DNA of 39,448 nt from Octopus bimaculoides (GCF_001194135.2 NC_068985.1:101624180-101663627), one strand, 5' to 3'; shown: positions 11,710 through 22,870, numbered from the stretch's first letter. Notes: a model not told the origin generated them from the letters alone. Numbers and translations are program-made.

Positions 11710-12161
11710 NNNNNNNNNNNNNNNNNNNNNNNNNNNNNNNNNNNNNNNNNNNNNNNNNNNNNNNNNNNNNNNNNNNNNNNNNNNNNNNNNNNNNNNNNNN
11801 NNNNNNNNNNNNNNNNNNNNNNNNNNNNNNNNNNNNNNNNNNNNNNNNNNNNNNNNNNNNNNNNNNNNNNNNNNNNNNNNNNNNNNNNNNNNNNNNNNNN
11901 NNNNNNNNNNNNNNNNNNNNNNNNNNNNNNNNNNNNNNNNNNNNNNNNNNNNNNNNNNNNNNNNNNNNNNNNNNNNNNNNNNNNNNNNNNNNNNNNNNNN
12001 NNNNNNNNNNNNNNNNNNNNNNNNNNNNNNNNNNNNNNNNNNNNNNNNNNNNNNNNNNNNNNNNNNNNNNNNNNNNNNNNNNNNNNNNNNNNNNNNNNNN
12101 NNNNNNNNNNNNNNNNNNNNNNNNNNNNNNNNNNNNNNNNNNNNNNNNNNNNNNNNNNNNN
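11710..12161. other. Assembly gap flanked by (TA)n
   Basis: N run. Confidence 1.
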
Positions 12162-12764
12162 TATATATATATATATATATATATACTCGCAAATTATTCA
12201 CAGACTATCAATGCGATGATGCCACTAACAAAATGGCGTACACATGTATTAACAAGACGAAGCAATGGATAGTAGCATAGAGAAGAAATCAGACACTACC
12301 GATTCAAAGCCGACCAAGATAACACGTGGTTTTCTACAATTACCAGAAGATTCAGGTGCTGTATCAAGTAAATAATTTTCCATTAAATATAGTGTTTCCT
12401 GTCTGTTAATTACATCTCACTCAAGTATATTGGCTGTACTGAAACTAAGAGAAATATTAATGTAGAAAATGACATTTGCCGTACCGTTGTATCGAAACCG
12501 GGGTAACATAGCAAATGGACTTGCTAAAATTCCGGTCATACTACATCGAAAATGTTGGAAAAGTCTACGTGCAATTAATGTGTGCATGCTGTTTGTTCTC
12601 ATTTGCTATTCTGTTAACCCTGATAACTTAAATGTTTAGCATAATGTAGAAATTGCAAAGAAATGGCAATCGTTCGTAATCTCTGCTCAAAAATATTATA
12701 GCGCGCAATGTTAGAACATTAGGAAAATTGGTAAAATTACTGCAGAGAAGAATCTTTTCTACTC

Positions 12765-12975
12765 CAGACACAAGGCGCTAAATTATTTAGGGGTGGGGAG
12801 TGGATAAATCGATTAGATCGACCCAGTACGCAACTGGTACTTAATCTATCGACTCTGAAAGGATGAAAAGCAAAGCCGACCGCGGCACAATTTGAACTCA
12901 GAACGTAAAGCCAGACGAAGTAGCGCTAAGCATTTCACCCAGCGGAGCAAATGTTTTTTCCACCTCGCTACATTA
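12765..12975 (-). mobile_element. SINE family A, near full length
   Basis: tcgattagatcgacccagtacgcaactggtacttaatctatcgac...aaaggatgaaaagcaaag...aatttgaactcagaacgtaaag...gctaagcatttc. Confidence 0.9.
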
Positions 12976-14079
12976 CTGCAGAGAAGAAGGAGAGTAGAGT
13001 ACATATTTTTTTGTTGCCGCGATAGTACCGAACGATGCAAAAATACAGTACCTATATTCATTGCAAGAATCCGTCCTAAAACTTAGCTCATTAATGTTTG
13101 AACAGAATTGAAATTCATTAAATATGCTTGAGAAATACACACGATTTAATTATACTCTTTAATGCATTTCGTAAAAAGCTGTATTTCCTGAATTTGTATG
13201 TAATTTATTTGCTCACTTCATCTCTTGGATTTTTCAAACTTTTCATAGCTTTTCTTTCTGTTCCTTATATCCATATTTTCCTTCACTAATACCAGATGTG
13301 TAGACAATGTCCCAAATAAATTATCGCCTTTTATTAGCTTGTATTTTGATCAGGAAATAATCCGTCACTTTCCTTGTTAGGACGTAACAAAAATATACAG
13401 TGGAAATCAATGTCTACTGTGGCTTACATTATTTCACTGTGTATTGGATTGCTGACATGTTTTCCTGAGTATAAAATGTTACATCATCTACCTGTTAATG
13501 CCTCTATTCTCTATTCAACGATATTGGACAGTCATAAATATAATATCATTAAATACACACTCGTAGTGTACAGCCACATATTTTATTCTTCATTACATGT
13601 TTCTCACAGCCTCACGGAGAGCAATAAAATATTATACAGTATCGGCCATAATTTTTCTATTTTCATTTATTATATTGTGTTCGATAATTTTTTTTCAGAT
13701 ATAGAAAATGTACGAGTTTTGTAGCCGTTGATCTGACATGCAACAGATCCCATTTTGTTTGCATATTCTTTTTCCTTATAGCATATGTAGCCACAGTAAA
13801 AGTGAATGCGAAAAACGCTTGGTTTATGATCACGCGGGTACGTGTTCAACCTGACTGCGGAGTATTTTGAAAATATGATATTTTCTCTAAGCTCGTATCA
13901 ACTATTACATTTTGATGAAAAACAGCAAGATGGAAATTGCATAGAAAAGTGTTGAATACACTACTCTTGCTATTCAAATATGCAAACTTTTCACAAAGAA
14001 CTTCAAATTGATTCTCCTTGTGCATTAAGTTAACTGTGCGCCTGTCGCTGATTGCTCAGTCACACTTTTTCTTTTAACA

Positions 14080-14680
14080 TGAGGGAAATTCATTTGATCA
14101 AACAACTACCATGTAACCCATAGCAGCATTGGCTCTGAGTCCTGAGTCCCCAAAACACTTCGGTGTACAGGTGAAGTCATGGAAATAAGCTGATACCTGA
14201 ACAAGGAGCGGGCAAAAGTTTGGTTCTTCAGGTTCCTGATCCATTCTTCTTGCTCAACAGTTACGAGACTTGGACACATTTTGGAGCACTTAGGGGCTTA
14301 CTGGACAGCTTTGGTACCAAGGAAGCGTCGCAAGATTAAAGGATACAATTAGTCGCATTTTGTATCCAATAATCTCAGCAACAGGGGCTCGTTCTATTAC
14401 TTGTATGATTCGGGATCGTCAGCTTTGAGTATTTAATGTTGTTGCTGTTTTTCCAAGTGACTCCTGCGCGCCCTGTTCCCTTGTGTGTGGATGTGGGTTA
14501 GGTGGCAGCTTGAGTTGTTCTGCTACAGGGTAACTGTGGATGAGGAAGCATTGCATGATGACGACAACGGACTAGAATTCTAATCAGTGAGGTGCCCTGG
14601 ACAACCCGAGCAAAAATTGGCAAATGCTGTATGCAGCGGTGTGCTGTAACGGCGCATGTCACCATATCTTGTCTTTCGTA
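14080..14680 (+). mobile_element. RTE-clade LINE, 3' end of ORF, decayed
   Basis: Frameshifted translation: YLNKERAKVWFFRFLI / SYETWT / LDSFGTK / RRKIKGYN*SHFVSN / RSITCMIRDRQL..VAVFP / AAVCCNGACHH. Matches the RTE C-terminal pattern YG.ETWT..LD.F....LRRI.G..W.D.VSN..IR.RQL. Confidence 0.8.
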
Positions 14681-15234
14681 TCCTGAACAAGGGCATCCTC
14701 GTCCTTTTCAGTGACTGACTTGCGAAAATATTATCGATTCTCTATTCTTTTCTATATTCTGTTGCAGTAATCCCTGTGTTATATGTGGAGGGGAGAAATC
14801 AGCAATCTGATATATTCATATTTTGTAGATAATTTTATTAAGCATTAATTATTTTTTCCAAATAAATATTACTGCAGGTTAAGGGATATTTTTGTTTCAA
14901 ATTTTTTTCGTGTATTATGTAAATCAAATTATCGGTGCTGTTTCCTAATTTTAATGACTATTTAGTTCTTTTTCTAATTCTTTTAACATCTATATTGGAT
15001 TAGTGCACTTATACTGCTCGAATCTGCCACTGGCAGAGATTAAAATATAAAGAAAATCAGCAACGAATAACGCACAATTTCAAAAGAATATTAATGAACA
15101 TATAACGAATAGCAAAATAATAATAAAATGCTAAGACATCTCTAGGACAGAAAAAACGGCGTATTAAATACTATGAGGAAAATACGCTATAACAATTCTA
15201 CGAATTGCTATAGCGTGTTATAACATTTTGATCA

Positions 15235-15491
15235 CATTCCAAAGATGAAAATGCAGCTCAACTGTCACTCTTTTAACACCGGTGTCGAGATTTAAATTGA
15301 ATTGCAGAAGGTCCTCGACTCGCTTACGGAAAACGACTTCCATACCGAATTCCAAAACTAGCAGGAATGCTTGGACTGGTGTATTTCTGCTCAAGGCAGC
15401 CTGGTCAAAGGAGATTATGCTAAAATTTAGACACTTAAGTTATATTTTATGAAATATAACTAAAGTGGGAATGTCTTGATATCCCCTCCTA
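15235..15491 (+). mobile_element. mariner-type transposase C-terminus plus degenerate 3' TIR
   Basis: FPKMKMQLNCHSFNTGVEI*IELQKVLDSLTENDFHTEFQN*QECLDWCISAQGSLVKGD; ends ...gatatcccctcc-TA. Confidence 0.85.
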
Positions 15492-16339
15492 CACTGTGAA
15501 CTGCACAGCTTCTAACCAAATGGCAGTAATACAAATGTAAAAGGCATTCTTCACAAGCCTTTGAGAATATCTAAAACAACGAATAATGTTTCTTCGTACG
15601 AACATCCAAAAGAGTAATATGAGAACTCATAACCACTCCTTCGTGTCCAAATTTGCCAAGAACAGGAGAGACACCCACATGAAATAATACTATACCAGTT
15701 ACGACTACAACAAGAATTCTCACAAGGATACGATGTTTCATAACATTAAGATGTTTTTAACAATACTTTTATACAGAATTCACAGGGAAAATCAAGAGAA
15801 GTAAGAATCTAGAATTACAAGGATGTCTTTATTAAACAGAAGATGGTGACAGAAGACAAATTCAAATTTCGAGTTGAAATTACTAATCGCCACATGTCAG
15901 TAACGTTGTGCTGCTGGACTCATTATTACATACTGTAACCCAATCAAGAAGCGAAAACGGTGAAATATCTAACCGTAAACAATAAACCACAGTAGTGGAC
16001 AAAACACTCAGAGAACAAGTGGGCAATTAATTTTTATATAGATATCTTGTTTCAGTTTCGGTATATTTCATTGAAACTTTTGTATTTACTTTGTGTAAAT
16101 ACTTGTGATTTATGAGATTTTGATTCGCACCTTAATGTATTACATATCATTCTAACATCTCTTTGCAAATACGAAGTCCCAGTTCGCACGTCACTGTAAC
16201 TAGAGTGTTTTATCTATTGTTTTTATATTTCTTTGTATCGCTTCGAGCAGTAGTGGCTAGTAAAGGAGTCGTTGTTATTATTATTATTATTGGCAGTATT
16301 TTTAACCTCTCGAAGAAAATGGATTTCCAGCGGATCTTA

Positions 16340-16492
16340 TCCCCTGAATTCAACTACCACAAACGTTAAATTTGCCTTTCATCCTTTCGGAATCGATAAA
16401 ATAAAAAAAAACAGTCAAATTATGGGATCGATACAATCGACTTGACTTCCTCCTCTCAAAACCACTGGCTTTTACCAAAATTTGAAAGGGAT
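16340..16492 (+). mobile_element. SINE family A, diverged copy
   Basis: tttgcctttcatcctttcggaatcgataaa...gatcgatacaatcgactt...ccaaaatttgaaag followed by (ATT)n. Confidence 0.8.
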
Positions 16493-16525
16493 ATTATCAT
16501 TATTATTATTATTATTATTATTGTT

Positions 16526-16575
<50 letters not shown>

Positions 16576-16577
16576 GA

Positions 16578-16621
<44 letters not shown>

Positions 16622-16690
16622 GTTAATATCATCATCATCATTATTATTAGTTGCTGTCGTTGTTCTTGTTGATGATATTGTTGATGGTAT
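16493..16690. repeat. (ATT)n(GTT)n(ATT)n compound microsatellite at the SINE tail
   Basis: Directly visible. Confidence 0.97.
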
Positions 16691-17169
16691 TGTTACTGTT
16701 GATTTCGTGGTGGTGATTCTGTCATAAAACAATTGTCTCCAGCGGCTCGCAAGTCTTTCCGTCTGATTATGTATTCAACATTTCTGAAGACAACAATTAC
16801 ATTCAGAGCATTTTGGCGTTTTATATCTCGCTCCTATGAGATTTAGATGTGTTGGAGATTTTTCAAATTTCATTTTAAATTTCGATCTGAATAGGCCTAT
16901 TAGACATAAGCTCGCTAAAAGTCATGAAAAGGTTTGAACGCTTAATAACTACTTCATCTTTTGTTTGTTTTAAATTTACTATACCAGAGTATCATATACA
17001 ATCGATAGATAATATAAATTAGCACTGCGTATAACAAATGACATCCCGTAAATGGCGTCCATTTTTTACGTCGCACAAGCGTCTTCCTTCAGGATACAGT
17101 GCTCTGATTTTGACCTGAATATCGTTAAGGTCTTGAGGTATCTGAGAGTTGTTAAAATACGTTTTCATT

Positions 17170-17400
17170 GAGATAGCCCTATAGGAAGTAATAGGAGCCG
17201 TGGTATCCCAGTCAGTTTAAGTATGTTCATAAATTCAACAGGGCATTGAGCAGTTTGATCTTGATCAACTGCTGAGTGGATTGATGGACAAGTCATTTTT
17301 TATGTATATGTTAACTTTTGAAGAAGATCCTGATTGTATCTATCAGCTATTTCATTAGTTGGAGCCAGTATAGCTTTTTCATATAGCCAATTTTCATCAG
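17170..17400 (-). mobile_element. Helitron PIF1-like helicase fragment, decayed
   Basis: DENWLYEKAILAPTNE (17399-17352), then SAVDQDQTAQCPVEFMNILKLTGIP; matches Helitron WL.ERAILAPTNE...YP.EFLNSL...G.P. Confidence 0.8.
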
Positions 17401-17504
17401 TGTCCATGCATCTTTTTCGAACAACATGCATTTTGTTTTCATGCGTTTCATTTCAAGGCCACCTGCTAAAATATGTGTGTCCAGCACTATCATTATTGTT
17501 CTGT

Positions 17505-17610
17505 ATAGGCCCTCCGGTCAATATACTTGATGGCCATTTCAAGACATCTACTGAAGAGTTTTTAGAGATTTATCTCCTTCTCTCACACCCATCTCAATAG
17601 GATATATTAC
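17505..17610 (-). mobile_element. RTE-like reverse transcriptase fragment
   Basis: PIEMGVREGDK / LFSRCLEMAIKYID, matching GVRQGD.ISPKLF.ACLEM. Confidence 0.7.
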
Positions 17611-17704
17611 TAGTTGCAAGAGGATTGCAATTACTTAGGGAGGTCCAACATTCGCATCCCTGGTCATTTTGTAATATGCCTAGAATCCTTGCAACTATAT
17701 TTAT

Positions 17705-17805
17705 ATGTGTGTGCGTGTGTGTGTGTGTGTGCGTGTGTGTGTGTGTGTTTGTGTGTCTCTATGATTGTGCGTCCGTGCGTGTGTGCAGGTATGTATGTAT
17801 GTGTG
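17705..17805. repeat. (GT)/(GC) microsatellite
   Basis: Directly visible. Confidence 0.9.
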
Positions 17806-19868
17806 ACAAATGGAGTACACATATTTTCAGTTAATATCAAGATTTTGTTCCTGTACTATGTTTAATCAAGTAGTAGATGTATATATCTTTAGACATAAGG
17901 GAGTGCAGAGCTTTGATGGGTTAATGGAGAAATATATCGAGCTATGTGTGACATTCCAATCGGTAAAGTACATATTTTTGAAAGGTAATGCGACCACAAA
18001 ACATGCAACTGACGTCATCCTTGAATATTCTTACCTATGGATTTTCCATAGGCTACAGTTTGCGAGTACTAAAGTTTAACATCTTGCTAAGTCATTCCAG
18101 TAGTTTCAAACCACAGTCGATTATATCTTGTTATAGAATATCATTAACAGAGCAGTTTAGGGAATAAACCTTTCTCTTCTGATAAATAAGGAAATTTTAA
18201 GCAAGCTCGTTTATCATGATATGATTCACTATTAAGTGGATTATTTGGAAAAGGTTTTCAGCGTTTGCATATGTTAGTTGTTCGGGTGTAATTTAATTTG
18301 AAACGGACGGCTTCTTACAAAAATTCCTTTTCACTGTGAAACATTTTCTGCATATGTTTCAAATAAACGTTAGGTACTTCTAGCCAATCTTTCGATTACA
18401 TTGATAGACTGTCGTATTAGAGACTCTGTGTCACACAAGAAAGAAAAGTGTGATGTTACATGTATCAAAAGTGTCGTAAGTGAAGTCTCTTCTTCATAAG
18501 ACTCTTGTTACCAGTGTCCCAAACCCTATTGGAGTATTTTCGATCAGCAAAATAATTTGATAATCTAGTGGTACCTCCTTAGCAACAGAAATACCGAGTT
18601 ATACAGACGATACTACTATATTCAGGAGTTCCCTTTGGACGAGCATATTCTGTTCAATTGTGTCGAACAAAAACGGGTTGTTATATATCATATAAATTTT
18701 CAAACTAAAGTATGTTATAATTATCTGCGTATAACAATGACCAAACAAGAATTATGTAGTCCTTTGACTGAGCTTGGAAGCAAATATTTTCAGATTATGT
18801 TTACCAATCGTGATACAACAGACATGTTGCCTAGATTAGAGTACTGAAATCTATTATTTATTACAAAACAAAAGCAAGTAAAGAAATTAGTTAACGCAAG
18901 AGAATCGGTTCTTCGCATAATAGTGTAGTCTGGAATATCCATCGAATATCTTCGGTAAGCAGTACAATTTTCCCAACGTTCGCCATCTGGTTTTCTGTTC
19001 GCCGTGTCTGAAGTATTCCTTGTGTCAATAAACTATTGGTAATTGGAGAATATCTGCATTTCTCCTCCAACTGTTTGACACTAAATATCATGTTTCTACG
19101 GCACACACATTCTTCATTGATAGTTCTGGGAAATCGATGGAAATATATTTCTTAGCATACGTTTCCATAAAAATTAATTGAATATCATACTAATAATTAC
19201 AGCGGTTAGAATTATTATATAGATGGCGTTGCAGTAATCTTTGACTTTCTCATCTATTGGAGAATGATTATGAAAATATTCCGTGAAATTTTCTAATCAT
19301 CTACAGTATCACAGATTAACGTTCATCCATCTTTTGCACGATAGTGAGAAGTATTTGAATAGCAGGTATCAAATATCTGCTTTTGACACACTATATTATT
19401 TTGGGAACAGTTTTGAAAGATCACTTAAATATGTGTATATATGTTGAAGAAACACGCTTTCTTTGTTGCCCTAAGTTATCTTTGCAAAGCTGATTGATGT
19501 TTCTACAAATCTTCGTCCTTCGGCTTATTTCGTGTAAATTTATTGTTCCTGTCTTGAAGGTGAGATACTTCTGTATGATTTCTATCAAACAAATCTTTAA
19601 ATTCTGAAGCCAAAAACAAAATGACAACAGTTGCATGAATCTTGATTTGAAGCAATACCATACGCAATTGCAAGATGCGTTATCTCGGGTTTTTTCACTT
19701 TCATCAGATTTTCTATGGAACAAAATGCTGAGTGATAAACTGAAGTGACTGTTGTAAATATTTTACTTCCGTTTTGGGTTAAATTTCCAAACCTGGAACA
19801 TCACTTCCAACTTATAGGGGCTGAACAAAATAATGGAAACATTAAAATTTCAAACAATTTATTTTAAT

Positions 19869-20389
19869 NNNNNNNNNNNNNNNNNNNNNNNNNNNNNNNN
19901 NNNNNNNNNNNNNNNNNNNNNNNNNNNNNNNNNNNNNNNNNNNNNNNNNNNNNNNNNNNNNNNNNNNNNNNNNNNNNNNNNNNNNNNNNNNNNNNNNNNN
20001 NNNNNNNNNNNNNNNNNNNNNNNNNNNNNNNNNNNNNNNNNNNNNNNNNNNNNNNNNNNNNNNNNNNNNNNNNNNNNNNNNNNNNNNNNNNNNNNNNNNN
20101 NNNNNNNNNNNNNNNNNNNNNNNNNNNNNNNNNNNNNNNNNNNNNNNNNNNNNNNNNNNNNNNNNNNNNNNNNNNNNNNNNNNNNNNNNNNNNNNNNNNN
20201 NNNNNNNNNNNNNNNNNNNNNNNNNNNNNNNNNNNNNNNNNNNNNNNNNNNNNNNNNNNNNNNNNNNNNNNNNNNNNNNNNNNNNNNNNNNNNNNNNNNN
20301 NNNNNNNNNNNNNNNNNNNNNNNNNNNNNNNNNNNNNNNNNNNNNNNNNNNNNNNNNNNNNNNNNNNNNNNNNNNNNNNNNNNNNNNNN
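19869..20389. other. Assembly gap
   Basis: N run; the R4 fragment on its right runs into it. Confidence 1.
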
Positions 20390-20390
20390 T

Positions 20391-20655
20391 AAATGATCTG
20401 ACAGTATTTGTCTCTCTTATTCAATATGACAATATCCGACCGACGGTGTTCGATTACATGATCCTACTGAAAATCATAGTCCCAGAGTATCGTTACTTTT
20501 CCATCCTCCTGCATAACTTTACTTGGTGCATGCTCATACCAGTTCTCTGTTACTTCATATTCGTATTTACGGCATAAGAGTCAATGGAGATACACACACA
20601 CTTTATCGTGGCGGCGTTTGTATTCATTTGGTGCAAGGCTCGTACATCCATTTAT
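20391..20655 (-). mobile_element. R4/Dong-clade LINE fragment (knuckle to RLE), second subfamily
   Basis: Single frame: IINGCTSLAPNEYKRRHDKVCVYLH*LLCRKYEYEVTENWYEHAPSKVMQEDGKVTILWDYDFQ*DHVIEHRRSDIVILNKRDKYCQII. Confidence 0.92.
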
Positions 20656-20822
20656 TATCATTATTATCATTATTATTACTATTATTATTATTATCATTAT
20701 TATTATTATTATCATCATTATTATTATTATTATTATTGTTATTATCATTGTTATTACTATTATTATTATCATCACCATCACCGTCATCATCATCATGATC
20801 ATCATCATTATTATTATTATTG
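20650..20822. repeat. (ATT)/(ATC) microsatellite
   Basis: Directly visible; abuts the 5' truncation point of the R4 fragment. Confidence 0.97.
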
Positions 20823-21486
20823 CTAGTGTAACCGTGCCGTCAGAAATAACGGCATGAAAATGATATGAAAAATAAAATCAAAATTTACAGATTACAGCCT
20901 CCGTCTTAGTAATTGCTTCAAAAACACGTTTCCAGTGGAAAAAAAACTCTATCACAAACGAAATTGCCTTGTTCTTGATGGTTCTTTACGAAGATGTTTT
21001 GATTGATTTCATAATCTTAATGTATATTTTAATCTATATACCGTAAACCCTATACACCGTAAATAAGTTATGATAGTAGAGATGACTAAAAGTATTAGTG
21101 AACCGATAAGCAGCAGTATATACTGTAAATACGTTATGGCATTTCTGACAGCTAAAATTATCATAGAACTAATAACAAGCATTATATACTGGAAATGCAC
21201 ACACATCCATATGAAACAAAATATTAGAGGAAATGATTTTTTTGTAAAATGTAAACAAAACATTTCAACTGTGAAATTATTCTTCTGAGGGTCCGTTAAC
21301 CCTGTATGACAGGGAAGCCTCAGCAGGCATATATATTGTAGTAGGATGTGCCGGATATAATAGATTCTAACTAACTTTTATTTTTGACTGCTACTCATTT
21401 TAATATTTATTTCAAGAGGAACATTTGGAAGAAAAATTACACATTTGATTAATCTTGTTATATTTACTACAATATATATATATATA

Positions 21487-21842
21487 NNNNNNNNNNNNNN
21501 NNNNNNNNNNNNNNNNNNNNNNNNNNNNNNNNNNNNNNNNNNNNNNNNNNNNNNNNNNNNNNNNNNNNNNNNNNNNNNNNNNNNNNNNNNNNNNNNNNNN
21601 NNNNNNNNNNNNNNNNNNNNNNNNNNNNNNNNNNNNNNNNNNNNNNNNNNNNNNNNNNNNNNNNNNNNNNNNNNNNNNNNNNNNNNNNNNNNNNNNNNNN
21701 NNNNNNNNNNNNNNNNNNNNNNNNNNNNNNNNNNNNNNNNNNNNNNNNNNNNNNNNNNNNNNNNNNNNNNNNNNNNNNNNNNNNNNNNNNNNNNNNNNNN
21801 NNNNNNNNNNNNNNNNNNNNNNNNNNNNNNNNNNNNNNNNNN
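21487..21842. other. Assembly gap
   Basis: N run, (TA)n on the left. Confidence 1.
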
Positions 21843-21981
21843 GAATATTCCCCTTCATCAGTTTTCCCTGTCGATCTACTCCGCGTTTCGAAGGCAAGTA
21901 CAATACACGACTTCGTTGGAACAGTCCTTCCGGCAAAGCAAATTAAATAAAATTTGGAATTGTTTGCGGAGGGTGAAAGTA
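21843..21981 (-). mobile_element. Possible Penelope-like/retrozyme-type repeat fragment with a hammerhead-like motif
   Basis: - strand reads ccttcgaaacgcggagtagatcgacagggaaaaCTGATGAaggggaatattc then the gap. Confidence 0.35.
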
Positions 21982-22281
21982 TTAACAAGAACATGACAGT
22001 GAGAACAAGACAGTCAAAACATGACAAGACAGTAAAAACAAGACAGTGAGAACAAACAATAAGGGCTGTTAGGCCAAGATGAAAGAAAAATTATTATTTT
22101 CAACGCTAGTTAGACGTGAATGAGAGAAGAAAGAGACAAGAGACGGAGAAATCACGTCTTCTCTATGGGAAGGCAGCGAAAAGAAAGATAGATACCCTTT
22201 CGTCATGTGTCAGCAACGAGAGGGTCAAGGAGTAAGAGTTTTCTTTTTACTGTCTTGTTCTCACTGTCCTGTTCTTGTTAA
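21982..22281. mobile_element. TTAA-flanked MITE (292 bp plus TTAA each side; 29-bp TIR)
   Basis: ttaacaagaacatgacagtgagaacaagacagt (21982) vs reverse complement of 22249-22281, ttaacaagaacaggacagtgagaacaagacagt: 32/33 identical; repeated caagacagt subterminal units. Confidence 0.75.
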
Positions 22282-22750
22282 GAACTGTATTTTCATTGTC
22301 ATCTCTGCTGCTATTTTCTATGACCCGCCTTTTGACAGCTTCGAGCTCTACTTCTGTGCACCAACAATTTCTTCTTAATGCTCTAGCTTGATCACATGGT
22401 CTCTGTTCCGTGAGTTGAATCAATCCCTTTTTTCTCCAATGATCACAAATACGTAGCCATTAACCCCTAATTTGAGCACCATTTTCATCTACCGGACTGG
22501 GCAGGTAGTAATACTCCATGACCACAGCATTACTTTACTTGCTCCTTCTACGCCGCGTGTGGTGGTCCATTTCTGGATATCGACAGGTTGGAGCCGAACC
22601 AGAATCTCTGAGCCTACCGGGTAAAACATCATTGGCTTCAATTTCATTACCACAGTTATTCACAATATTTTGTTTTTTCATTGTGTCTCATATGATTATC
22701 AGGTTGCGCAATTACCAGTGTGTTATTGTGACACCATCACAATAACGAGT
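22282..22750 (-). mobile_element. R4/Dong-clade LINE 5' end (5' UTR + N-terminal ORF), decayed
   Basis: MRHNEK / NIVNNCGNEIEANDVLPGRL..RRRRSK*SNAVVMEYYYLPSPVDENG..IRG / QLTEQRPCDQARALRRNCWCTEVELEAVKRRV. Matches, as I recall it, the R4/Dong N-terminal pattern W.K..N..VMECY..EQRL.DQ.R.I..N.W....ELE. Confidence 0.8.
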
Positions 22751-22788
22751 TCATTATCATCATCATCATCATCATCCTCATCCTCATC

Positions 22789-22847
<59 letters not shown>

Positions 22848-22870
22848 CATCATCATTATTATTATTATTA
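22750..22870. repeat. (ATC)/(ATT) microsatellite
   Basis: Directly visible. Confidence 0.95.

Noticed and set aside
11593-12272. Long ORFs spanning N runs (also 19833-20424, 21412-22027, 25811-27004, 30436-31669, 31893-32798, 34019-34563)
   Set aside because: Artefacts of N codons having no stops
13374-13724. 116-aa ORF with a hydrophobic stretch
   Set aside because: TTG start, I/Y/S-rich composition typical of AT-rich noise, no convincing donor site and no recognisable motif
19421-19723. 100-aa - strand ORF and overlapping short frames
   Set aside because: No recognisable motifs; several competing weak splice interpretations
21982-22060. CRISPR-like or minisatellite array
   Set aside because: Units are short MITE subterminal repeats without unique spacers, in a eukaryotic context
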